A stretch of DNA of 64,000 nt, taken from NCBI GenBank assembly GCA_013239625.1, contig MU054098.1, forward strand, positions 2,481,104 to 2,545,103. The letters are read 5' to 3'. The notes below the pieces were generated by a model, which worked only from the letters and a program-made list of their open reading frames with translations, did no database searches and was not told where the DNA came from. Origin of the DNA: Lama guanicoe (taxonomy: Eukaryota). The first letter of the stretch is position 1, and each line of letters opens with the position of its first letter. Positions 12,393 to 24,240 of the stretch are shown here, in pieces. Both the position numbers and the translations under genes were made by a program.

Positions 12393-13780
12393 CATAAAGA
12401 CATAGACCAACTGAATAGAATAGAAAATCCAGAAATAAACTTTCATGTATATGCTCAAATGGTTTTTGACAAGGCTGTCAAGACCATTCAATGGGAAAAG
12501 GACAGTCAATAAATGGTGCTGGAAAAACTCAATATCAACATGCAAAAAATAAAGTTGAAACCTTACCTTTATACTATATACAAAAATTAACTCAAAGTAG
12601 GTCAAAGATCTAAAAATGTAGGAGCTAAAACTATAAAATTCTTAGAAGAAAACATGGAAAACTTCATGGTATTCTATTTGGCAATGATTTCTTGCCACTA
12701 AAATGCACAGGCGACAAAAGTAAAAAAGAAATAAACCAGATTACATCAAATTTTAAAACTTCTGTGCATCTAAAAGACACAATAAACAGTGAAAAGGCAA
12801 TCTACAGCATGGGAGAAAATATTTGCAAATCATATATCTCATAAAGGATTAATATACAGAATAAATATAGAACTTCTACAACTCAAGGACAAAAATAAAC
12901 AAGCAATTATATTAAAAATTGAACAAAGGATTTGAAGAGCCATTTCTACAAAGATAATCAAATGACCAACAAGTACATGAAAAGATGCTCAGCATCACTA
13001 ATTATTAGAAAAATGTTAATCAAAATCACTATGAGTTAGTTAACACCTCACACCCATTAGGATGGCCATTATCAAATAAATAAACACATACATACATAAC
13101 AAGTATTGGAAAGGATGTAGAGAAATTGGAATCCTTGTACAATGTTGATTGGAATGTAAAATGGTGCAGCCACTATGGAAAACAATATCAAGGCTCCTCA
13201 AAAAATTAAAATTAAAAATAGAATTACCATATGACACAGCAATTCCACTTCTGGGAATATACCCAAAAGAACTGAAAGCAGGGTATCAAAAAGATACTTG
13301 TTCAACCATGTTTGTAGCAACATGATTCATAATAGCCAAAAGGTGGAAACAACCCAAATGTCCATCAACAGATAAATGTGTAAACAAAACATGGTGTATA
13401 CATACAACAGAATATTATTCAGCCTTAAAAAGAAAGGAAATTCTGACACATACGATAACATGGAAGAACTTTGAGGACATTATGCTAAGTGAGATGAGCC
13501 AGACACAAAAGGACAAATACTGGATGATTCCACTTATAATAGTTACCTAGAGTGGTCAGATTCATGGAGGAGAAAGTAAAATGATAGTTGCCAGGGGCTG
13601 GGGGAGGGGGAAATGGGGCATTATTGTTTAATGGGTATAGAGTTTTGGTTTTTCAAGATGAAAAGAATTCTGGAGATTGGTTGCAACAAGGTGAATGTAC
13701 TTAACACTACTGAATGGTACACCTAAAAATGGTTAAGATGGTAAATTTTATGTTACATGTATTTTACTACAATTTTTAAA
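12393..13780 (+). mobile_element. 5'-truncated old L1 (L1MB-like): ORF2 C-terminus and 3' UTR
   Basis: Translation includes DIDQLNRIENPEIN...QMVFDKAVKTIQWEKDS (L1 ORF2). The 3' UTR ends gtaaattttatgttacatgtattttactacaat. TSD aaaagtttccctggca (12377-12392) and aaatggttccctggca (13781-13796). Confidence 0.93.
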
Positions 13781-14059
13781 AAATGGTTCCCTGGCAAAAC
13801 TGGCTCCAGATCAGATGGAGTAATGCAAAACCATACTTTCTCATGAGTGTTCAGTTTCTGTATCTATTTCTATCAACTTTGGAGCAGATGAACACTGCTT
13901 TGGAAAATATCTCTAATCTGTGCTCCCACATTACTGAGGCAGAAGGTGAAGGGGAAAGCAGTGGATGCTGAGTTGAAAAGACACACTGTATCAGACAGGA
14001 AATAGAATTCACCCCAGATATTCCAAGAAATTCTAGTAAAGAGAATGGACAAAGGGATG

Positions 14060-14412
14060 ATGAGGCACCCAGAGACTGGCAACACCAGGACTCCATTGTC
14101 ACCCCTAGGAATGAAGGAGTGAAGGAATAAGAGGAAACAGTGAGAACCAAAATCTTGAAGGGGGAGCTACGTGGCAGAAGCTGGAGTCATGGGACCAAGG
14201 AAATGGCACCAAAGCACAGAAGCAGCAGAGAAGGAATATCCTGAGCTCCATCACTTCCCACCCTTCAATATTCTGCAGGAACTTCCCACTGGCTGATCCC
14301 AGCTGGAAACCAGCTATATATTCTGCTGGAATTAATCTCTGAAGGCACAGAGCAAGGCAGAGAATGGATATGGGATATATGTGTTGGGGTGGCAGACAGA
14401 ATAAGCAGCACA
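14060..14412 (-). mobile_element. LTR33-like ERVL solo LTR
   Basis: The minus strand reads tgtgctgcttattctgtctgcc...tccattctctgccttgctctgtgcc...ctggtttccagctgggatcagccagtgggaag, matching the recalled LTR33 start. Confidence 0.55.
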
Positions 14413-15511
14413 CTTGGGTTCTTGTCCTAGGCCTGTTACTAACTATGGTACCTTAGGCATCTCAGTTAACTTATTCTGATTTTTGACCCACTTAGGAATC
14501 TGTACATAGTAATAGTAACCCCTGTCCTGCTTCCTTGCAGGGGCTCTCTGAGACTCAAATGAAATAACAAGTGACAAACCTATGAAGTGCTGTTAAACGT
14601 GGAAAAAAATGTTTCTTTTACTCTTTCTTTAACCCTTTTCTCCTCTACCTGGGAATGTCAGAAAACAACATGGCAGAGTAGGGAAAACTAAACTGGTACT
14701 TGGAAGGTGGGAGACATGTTGGTGTGAAGCAAGTGTCTTTTCATCTCTGAGCCCCAGTTTTCCCATGTATAAATATCTGAACTAGATGTTCTTATCAAAA
14801 ATTCCACAGATTTTTCAGTACGATGTACAAATACATTCACATGGTCCTTCCTTTCCCTCTGCCTCAAGTCGCACACATATATTTGCTCAGACCCAGTTAT
14901 TTGTTTCTGTTTTCATCAAACCAATATTGGCATCCATGGGAGTGGGAACCAGGGCATTAATTATTACTTTATCTTTTACATCGTATTATAATGGGAGATC
15001 ACCTAAAGCAATACTGCCTGTCATGTGTTCATCCAGAATGTTAACAAGTGTTACAAGGGGAAAAGTCAAATCTGTCTGGGAAATGCTGGGATAAACAAAG
15101 GTAAACAGGCATCTTTACATTAAAGGCTTTTCAGAGCCTTAAGTGTTCTAATGTATGTTGTGAATTTCTGAGAGTACTCTGGTAGTAAATCATGTGGTAT
15201 TTTGCTTTGTTTTCTTTTGTCAAACCTATTTGACTGGAACACTCCCACCATCGTGCCCACAGCATCTCAAGTTCTTTGGAATGATTTGAATTACTAAAAC
15301 AAGTCGTATATCCAGACAGCCTCTCTGTACATTCATATTTCAACCCCAAATATGTTATATTCACAATTGAAAATATTTTCTAGCCCATAATGTATGCTCG
15401 CTCTCACACTCGCTTGCTCTCTCTCAGTCCCTGCTTTGGTGATCCCTGCGGTTGGTGGTCCTTCCAGATGGATTTTTACAGGAGGGGTGGAGGGCATAAA
15501 AAGGCATCATT

Positions 15512-15644
15512 CTTTGTGATTTGTTTTTTCAAGATCCCTTGTATGTTATTTATTCTTTTTTATTTATTGAGGTATACTTGACTTATAATATTAGTTTCAG
15601 GTGTACAACAGAATGATTCAATATTTTCATAGATTACACACCAT
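15512..15644 (-). mobile_element. Very short L1 3' end with extra sequence after its A tail
   Basis: tttattgaggtatacttgacttataatattagtttcaggtgtacaac is the antisense L1 terminus. 16-bp TSD ataaaaaggcat(c/a)att at 15496-15511 and 15645-15660. Confidence 0.85.
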
Positions 15645-16169
15645 ATAAAAAGGCATAATTTCTAACCCAAATCAGAAAAAAAGGCATTCCAGAATGTCAT
15701 TAATATAAGGCAGTCCCTTGGTACTTGGCATTATTCAGGCAAGACGAAATGCAGCTGCTGTATGTGCACAAATAATAGCGATTCACGTATGAAGAGCAGT
15801 TTACAGTTGCAAAGAGCTCTCACATGCACCATGCCATTTCTAAACAACTGAGGTTTGTTTAGAAGGTTTATTAGGCCATCCCCATTTTACAAATGGAAAA
15901 CAGCAAGGTTATGTACATCTTCCAAGGTTACTCAGCAGAGCAAGGATTCAAAAGCAGGTTAAGACATTTCAAACCCTCTGTTTCTTTTTAATGCACCAAG
16001 GCTGGAGGTATAAAGAGTCCTTCAGCTTAGTAATGACCCAGACTCACTGGGCACATGATGCTAAGCACTCCACTGCCAGGATAGGAGGCAGGGGTGAGGG
16101 TATCCTCTTGCCTCTGATTAATCTCCAAGGAGGGAAGGATAAGCAGAGTGTCTTTAAAAGAGGTTTCTT

Positions 16170-16730
16170 TTCATTGAAAATTTAACTATGCTCATTACAA
16201 AAAGGTCAGATACTGTAAAATTAGCAAAAAGAAGAAAAAAATCAAAATACCAAGAAATAGCGGTAACTACCCATCCAGGAAAAACAAAAAACTAGTGTTG
16301 ATATCTTGGTTTATATTGTTCCAGACTCTCTTCTATGCATATTAGATTCTATTATGTGTTTTATTCCATATGCTGATGTTTCCAGGATTGGGCTGTGTCT
16401 TCCAATGGATGTTCACAGTTGATGTGGTAGTGCTTCCCTCACAAACATGGTTAGGGTTATCATACAGAGGATATGTCTTAAAATCATGGCATCTTAGAGT
16501 CAACGAGAAATCTTTTTTTCCCAAAATTATGCCAGATTGCTGTTTTGAAACCTGCTTTCATCATCCCCCATATTTCTTGGCATCACTACACGTCAATAGA
16601 TACATTTCTACAATATATTTAGTGGATGCCAAATAGTCCATTGACTGGATGGACCCTCTTTTTTAAGCAAACACTTAATGGCTGGCCGTTTAAATTGTTT
16701 ACAACTTCCCTCAACTACAAACAGCCCTGA
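16170..16730 (-). mobile_element. Old L1 (L1ME-like) 3' fragment, possibly composite
   Basis: atgctcattacaaaaa...tagtgttgatatcttggtttatattgttccagac...tagtccattgactggatggacc, typical of degraded antisense L1ME. Confidence 0.5.
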
Positions 16731-16739
16731 CAACAGATA

Positions 16740-16990
16740 TTAATTGAGGTCCTACTAGGTGCCAGACACAGTGCTAGGTGCTAGAGATAGAGCAATGAAT
16801 AAAATAGATATGGACCCCACCCTCCAGGGATTGGTAGTATAGTAGGGACAGCAGGCATTAAACCAGTAAAAACATTAATAAATATTTATAGAGATTTATA
16901 AAATATCAAACACTACGAAGGAAAAGAAAAATCTTTCTTTGGATTAGTCAAGCATGGAAGGCTTCTCTGAGGAAGAAACAATAAAGCTGA
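16740..16990 (-). mobile_element. L2 3' end
   Basis: attgaggtcctactaggtgccagacacagtgctaggtgctagagatagagcaatgaataaaatagatatggacccc. Confidence 0.8.
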
Positions 16991-17254
16991 GGTCTCTGCA
17001 CCAAAGAAGACTCCCACAAGTAAAATATACAATATCCACTCTCTTGCTCATGTGGCGTAGTCTCCTTTTTCTCTACTCATCTACTGGGGGCAGTGTTATT
17101 ATTTTTCAATTAACAATTTAAAATTATTTGTAAGGTTGAACACTTCTTTTTCCTTCATGCTGTTTCCTCACCACCAGAAGAGCTAGTCAATAGCACTGTG
17201 TTCTCAGCTGTGACCAGATCATGTCTGCTACACAGAACCATAGCATAAACCGAG

Positions 17255-17453
17255 GGCTGTTTTTCTCAAAGTATGCCCCTTCTGGAAACTTCTAAGTCCA
17301 CTGATATCACCTGGGAACTTGTCAGAAATGTAAATTCTCAAGTCTGACCCAAGACCAACTAAATAAGAAACTCTGAGGTTGGGTCCCAGGCATCTATGTT
17401 TTAACAAGCCCTCTACATGATTCTGATGTATGATTAAGTTTAAAAATCACTTT
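17255..17453 (+). mobile_element. MER5A DNA transposon
   Basis: ttctcaaagt...atcacctgggaacttgtcagaaatgtaaattctc...gttttaacaagccctc...gattctgatg. Confidence 0.8.
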
Positions 17454-18529
17454 CAAGAGGATACTCGATGGACATTTGTGAATGGATATAGGACCAGTCG
17501 CTTCATCAAAGACACAAAGCAGAGAATGTGGGCCTCAGTTGCAGGGAAAAAAAGGCTTGAGAAGAGAGTTCATTCATCCATTTATGCAACAAATATTTTT
17601 TCATTACTTACTATGCAGTAGACACCATGTTAGGTACTAAAGAGTCAATAAGGAAATAAGATAAGGATCCCTGCCCTTGCAAAGCTAACTGTCTGGTGGA
17701 GCAATTCCCTGTCAAAGTGAGTTGGATAGCCAAGGAAAGATCTGGCTTGCCCTTTTTTTGAACTCTTGAAGATCAGGAAAAACGGAATAATGATAATATA
17801 AGTACATTCTGGTTAGGATAGGGGAGATAAAAGTGGAAAGAGAGGTGGACACAGTTGGTCCATCCAACTTGGTCCTGCCGAAACTCCTTTACAGACTGCG
17901 CCACAACAAAGGTAAATTCCAGATGGGAGAGATGCCAAGGTTCTGCACAGCTCTCATTATCTGTGTTATTTCTCTAAATTGCATGCATCGTTTCCCTTTT
18001 CTAGGCGGTACAGCCATGGCTTCCTTGGATTCCTAAAGTGTGCCCCAAGGATTTGCAGCTCTGTGGTGCTGTGATACATAAAATAGAGTCACCTTGACTT
18101 TGCATTTATCTGGCTTATGTAAGCTCTAACCTTTTACTGCAGTGCAACAGAAATGCCAGATCCATTTTGTCTAGGCCCATAAACAAACATTCTGATTCTA
18201 AATAATAGATGGGGGGCTCTAGTGACTGTGAGAGCATGACCACCTGCAGGGGGTTAGGAATTAAGCTACTGATCCAAGCCCTAGTATGTAGGGAAACTCC
18301 AGGCTCTGGCTCAGCTCCTCTTCCCAGAACTGCTCATTGCAGTAAGAGCTTTGCAGAGAGCTCCAAAACTTCTCCTTCTACTGGCTCTAAGCGAAGGGAA
18401 CCATCCAGAGAAGGGGTCTGATGAGCTCACTAGCCCACTAAGTCTGTTTTAAAATCCTCTTTTCTAATCCAGAAGAAATACATCCAAAAACACAGAGGGA
18501 AAGAGGCTGCTACTAGTTTTCCCTCTCCC

Positions 18530-18752
18530 CAGAGAATTTCTCAAATGCAGCACTCTTGATGTTTTGGCCAGATAAGTATTTGTTGTGGGGCTATCCTGTA
18601 CATTGGAAGATGTTTAGCACCATCCCTGGCCTCCACCCACTCAATGCCAGTAGCTTCTCCCACTCAAATTGTGACAACCAAAAATATATAGAGATATATC
18701 ACCAATGTTCCCTGGAGAGGGGAGGCCAAATCGCTCCAGCTGAGAACCACTG
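18530..18752 (+). mobile_element. MER20 DNA transposon
   Basis: gatgtttagcaccatccctggcctccacccactcaatgccagtagc...tgtgacaaccaaaaat...tgagaaccactg. Confidence 0.85.
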
Positions 18753-19146
18753 CCTTAGAAATAAGGGCAGTTAGAGATCCTGGATGTTAACTCTTGGGAA
18801 ACCACACAGACTATATTTTCCAAGCCTAATGGATCAAATCAGTATAAATACAGAGAACACCACTCCAGGGTTCACATAAATAATATGGCTAGTTAACTCC
18901 CTCCTACCTGTATTTTCTCAACTGCCTCTATTGACTTTAAACAACTCAACATTATTAGAGCAATATTTTCACTCACTAAAGATGAATTCCTGAAGGCCTA
19001 CAATTAGGGTACCCAAAATCAAATTATGATGACTACTTCTTACAAATGTATGGCACTACATATTGTCCACATCTGTGACTTTGAGTTCAGTTTAACGTTC
19101 ATTGGTTATTTTCCATACATCAGGAGCCTTTAATCTTCATACCACC

Positions 19147-19675
19147 TGTATTAGTTTACTGTACTTACAAATTACCACATACTTGGTAGTTTAAAACAAT
19201 GGAAATTTAGTCTCTCAGAGTTTTGGAGACCAGAAGTCTGAAGTTAACATCACTGGGCGAAAATTAAGGTGTTCACAGGGCTACACTCCCTCCAGAGGGT
19301 CTAGGGGAGAATCTTCTGTTTCTTGACTCTTCCAGCTTCTGGTGGCTGCCAGAATCCCTCAACTTCGAACCACATCCCTCCAATTTCTGCCTCTGTGGTC
19401 ACATTACCTCTTCCTTTTCTCTCCATTATTAAATCTCCCTCTTTCTCCCTTTTATAAGGATATGTATGATTGTGTTGAGTTATTGAACCAAATAATCCAG
19501 GAAAATTTCCTCCTCTTAAAATCCTTAATTTGATCACATCTGAAAGATTTTTTTTTTTTGCTGTTGTTGTTTTCTGGGTTTTGGCCATATAAGGTGACAT
19601 TCACAGATTACAGCGATTAGGACATTTTGTTTGTTTGTTTTGGAGTAGTGGGGAGGATATTGTCAGCCTACCATA
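19147..19675 (-). mobile_element. MLT1C/D-like MaLR solo LTR inserted into a MIR
   Basis: tgtattagttt...caaattaccacatacttggtagtttaaaacaa...tctaggggagaatc...tcttccagcttctggtggctgcc. The MIR continues on both sides (tttaatcttcataccacc / cttgtgaagcagg...ttttatagatgaggaaa). Confidence 0.85.
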
Positions 19676-21180
19676 GCATCCTTGTGAAGCAGGTAACGAT
19701 TATTTCCATTTTATAGATGAGGAAATAATGGTGTAAAGAAGTTAAATCACTTCTAAGAGGTTGCAGAGTGAGAGACTGGCAGAGGTGGGGCAAGAACCTA
19801 GGGCTCCTAACTCCTCTTTTTAATTAACTATGGCACAGAAGGATAGAGACCTATTTCCCCTTCCTCCAGAAAACAAAGAGAAAGCCATTGCGGAGTTTGT
19901 ATAATCATGAGGGGTTAGAAGGTGGAGTTTCCAGGCTAGGGAGGATTCTGGAAAAATCTCACATCATGCTGAGGGACTTGGGGGTAGGCAAGCACAAAGA
20001 ATCTCCCAAGATGTTGCAGCAGCACAAGAGGAACAAAAGGAGATTTAACCTGGTATGAGAAGAAGGCAAACTGTAGCCTTTTCATATTCATTAAATATTA
20101 AAATATTAATATTAAAATATGTTCCCCCTGACAATATTCTGTTTCACCTGCTCTTCAGCATTTCACATAGGCAGCACTGAGTAGGCATATGCTATATACA
20201 ATTTTACAAAACTTTTTCACACAAGAGTCTCCAGCTGGATTCTCACAATACCTCTGTATGAAAGGGCAATCATTTTCATAATTTCATTTTATAGATGACG
20301 AAACTGAGGTTTGCAAAGTGACTTTCCCAAGTCAGATACAATCTAAGCCTTCTTCCTTTTATCATAATTGCCTCTTCGAAATATTATCTCTCATGTAAGA
20401 ATTACATATCTGGATGTCTCATAAAGTTATGACCCATAGCTACTGAGATGCTAATATAGGTGGCAAATGTCACTTTAAATGTTTAATCAACCCTCAAAAG
20501 ACTTAAAACACCCTTCAGGCACTTTTCATGTAATTCAGACACATGAACAACAGGTGGCAGTAAGTCCCTTGGGTAAGTGGTTTGAATGATCAAATTTAAA
20601 TGGTTAGGTATGCTTACCTTAGACTACCAAAACTGTGAATTTCTAGGACTTCACATTTTAGAAAGAATATTTTGTTTCAATAGTCTATCTTATTTTAAGT
20701 AATATGTTCAAATATGTTTAACAGTCAGGCACCCAAAACCATGTAAAGAAAATGAAATATATTTAATTTGTTGTCTTTCAAAATAATCCCTATTATCAAC
20801 TACAGTTTAACTAAAGCTTGGTCTTATTCTCAGAAATAATTAGAATTCCCCATTCTACCTCACTCTACATCTTTATTTTTAATTCCTTCCTGACTAGTAC
20901 ATGGCTTCAGGATTTCTCTTTGCCTTACCAACAAAAGAGCCATGGGCTCTTTTTCTCAATTGGAAAAAGCTTTTATTTTTCCCAAGTTTCTCTCTAAGAT
21001 TTCAGGGAAAGGACTTCTTGGATGAGAAGAGTTGCCAAGACAGTTTCTCCTTTTTGAGTTTCCTATCTATCTTTTCTACTTCTCAGCAGAAAATCAGTGT
21101 TATTACTGAAAGCACAGAACCCCATAGATTTTGTGGCTATAAGAATGAGGTAAATTTTCATTCTAGTCTTAAAAGTATAC

Positions 21181-21557
21181 TGCCTTAGGCCGTTAGGGTT
21201 GCTATAACAAAATACCATAGATGGGTAGCTTATAAACAACAAATATTTATTTTTCACAGTTCTGGAGCCTGGGAAGTCCAAGATCAAGGCATCAGCAGAC
21301 TCAGTGTCTGGTGAAGACCCACTTCCTGGTTCATAGACATTCAAGAAAACATCCATAGATATTCACTGTGCCCTCACATGGAAGAAGTGGCTAGGCAGCT
21401 CTATGGGGTCTCTTTTATAAGAGCACTAATCCCATTCATGAGGGCTTCACTGTCACGACCTAATGACCTCCCAAATTTCTCACTTCCTAATACTGTCACA
21501 TTGGGCATTAGGTTTCCATATTTGGGGGAGGGAGACACAAATATTCAGTCTATGACA
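21181..21557 (-). mobile_element. MLT1A0-like MaLR solo LTR
   Basis: gctataacaaaataccatagatgggtagcttataaacaac...cacagttctggagcctgggaagtccaagatcaagg...attcagtctatgaca. Confidence 0.88.
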
Positions 21558-23439
21558 GAAAGCAACATCACTCCTTCTAACAGATATTTCCAATGGTAAC
21601 TAACTGCTGGCTTAGTTTAACTTAAAATTTACATGTGATGAGTTCCTTAGCAAATCTCTAACTACCTTCAACATCCACACAGTACTTTCTGCCACCAATG
21701 GGTTCCTTTTTCCCAAGCTAAGTAATACAAACTCAAGCTCACACCAAAAACAACCAACCAAAACACCCACACATTTAAGTATATTTTATAAAGAGATATT
21801 CAATGGTTGCATCGCAGATATACTGGTACACTGTAATAAACAACGTCCAGATTGTCACCAGCTTTAAAGATGAGACTGTCTAGACTTGTCACTCTGCTAG
21901 GCATTGTGAGAACTCAGAAGAAATATAAGCCACAGTTCCTGTGTCAAGAGGTTTACAATTCAGTTGAGATGAGATTCCTAAATGAAGTGTATCTGTAATA
22001 TAAATATAATGTGTACATAAGTTCCCATTCAAAAGGGTGATGGCAGCTAGTATGAAGTATAGTAGATTATGGTAAACAGGGAGGATTCATGAAGGAGAAC
22101 TTAGAGGATGGATAGGTTTTACGTGAGCATGTACAATAGGCAAGAATAGTTCAGGTAGAAGGAATCAGGCTCACAAAGGCAGAGGCAAGAACCTGGTAGG
22201 ATTGCAGGTCAGAATAGGGACTTGCCTGGATGGAGCAAAAATTAGGACAGAGAAATATAACCAAGTTATACCATGTATGATCTTAAAGGCAGAGAGTTTA
22301 GAAAAAATTATCGGCTTATAATATTTTTTTGCTGTCCCAGTATGCAGACTGGGCTCCTGCAGTAAGGGTGAAGTCTTAGATTAGAGAAGGTCTGTAGTTA
22401 GGATTAGTTATAGAAGAGAAGCAGGGTGTGAGTAACTGAAGAGGGTCAATCCATGAGAAGAGCAGAAAAGGGAGAGACCATGACCTTGAGGAGGTAAGCC
22501 AAGGAGAAGGAACAAAAAGCCATCAGCACTAATAGCAGCCCAAAAAGAGTTGAAGAAGGATGGTGAGTTCCGTTTGGTATGGTTAGTTTCAGAGGATTAC
22601 AGATGCATGCAGAGAAGAGACAATTTAAGATGTGGTCTCAAATGGAGGAAGAGAGTTAAAGGAAAAGGATTCCTGCCTTTTGAAGCAATTGAGCACAGCC
22701 CATCCATAACATCAGAGTACCCAGGTCCAACCTTTTATTTTTCCTCCAAATGTTCAATGCCATTTATCTCCCTTTCCCACAGATTGTGCATTTAATGACT
22801 GTCACATCGTTCAGGAAACTTGACTGCAACAGTGTCATTTCACGGGCACCAGTAAGAAGGCTTACACCAAAGTCCTTGCAGAAGACAATTTTAACATAAG
22901 ATATGGACTTGTCATATCTGCAATGAGCATCTGTCAGCTTTATCATAGGCTGCACATAGAGAATTATTTTCGAATTCTTAACACTCTGGCTTCCCCGTGC
23001 CACGTCTCCCAACTGGATTGAGACATGCAAATTAAGCTTAGTTTATTTGATTGCATTTGAGTCATCACCCCATTGTCCATAAAGTGACAGGTGAAACAAA
23101 AAATATTTTCCAAATTGACCAGCTTGACTAAGACCATTGGGAATGAGGGAAAGAGTCAAGCTATAAAATATCTTTCCTCAATACGGAGAGTCATCTTCAT
23201 AAAACATGTTGATTTCTTTCCCACTACAGAGCTATATGCAATATAACCTGTAAAAAATAGATCAGAGATTCCTGTCATTTTCAAGGCACTGGTCCAGAAA
23301 CCAGCCAACAAAACCTCAGCAAGATATCTTAAATCCTCTTTACCAGCTGAGACAGTTGGTTATAAATGAAAAATTAAAGAGATGGGCTCTTCAAGGTCAC
23401 CAAAGAGGCTGGTCCACCCCTTATCCCCAAGGGTTGTAG

Positions 23440-23665
23440 GTTTTAGGAGTATGGACTGAATAGTTAGACTGCCAGGATTCAAATCTCAGATCTGCAATTT
23501 ATTAGCTCTATGAACTTGAGCAAGCTATGTCAGCTGTCTGAACTTCAGTATTATAAGATGGAGGTAACAATATTTAGCTCATAAAGAGGTTTAAATGAAT
23601 CAATGTATTTAAAACACAACATGGTATCCAACACATAGTAAGTGTTCAATAAATGTTATTATTAT
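23440..23665 (+). mobile_element. MIR SINE
   Basis: agactgccaggattcaaatctcagatctgcaatttattagct...acatagtaagtgttcaataaatgttatt. Confidence 0.8.
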
Positions 23666-23789
23666 AATCATTTCCAATTTTCCAGCCATATGGCTTTTTG
23701 TCATCAGTTTCATGGGTATTAACAGATAACTGTAATTCTAATGCTTTTAATTATTAAGAACTTTTATTTCTACAAAATACATTCACTTA

Positions 23790-24240
23790 TACCCATTTAC
23801 CAAACATAGCAGATGACATCATGCCTCTACCTCTTTACTCTTACCACTTCAGAGCATGCTACCCCAACTTCCTACTGCCAGTACCTGCATTTCTTTCACT
23901 GAGAACTTTCTCTGGACATCAAAGCACACTTTGTCAACCTGTGTGTCAGGCTGTATGTGCTGAGGTATTAATGGTCCTCAACCAAAGACTGATCGGAGTT
24001 GGTGTCGCCTCACCCCTCAAGTAGGTTAACTCGAAAGCAGATGTCTTACCCTGCCTCCCAGATTTTCCCCCTGCCTAAGGCTTAAGCCCCAGTCACTCAC
24101 TGTGGTAGCTAGTGCTACCTTTAATCCCTGCTTTCTTCCCTTCCTTGTTTCACTACCTTTTTCTTCTACCCTCAACAAACTACTTACACTTGAATCCTTG
24201 TTTAGCTTGGGAAGCCTAAAGTAAGATCTTTTCATGAGCC
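23790..24240 (+). mobile_element. LTR16-like ERVL LTR remnant
   Basis: ttaagccccagtcactcactgtggtagct...ccttcccttgtttcact-like and aaactacttacacttgaatccttg motifs, recalled from the LTR16 family. Confidence 0.45.

Noticed and set aside
13594..13618. G-quadruplex-capable G tracts (also about 54571-54592 and 55069-55100)
   Set aside because: G-rich tracts are an ordinary, known part of L1 3' UTRs.
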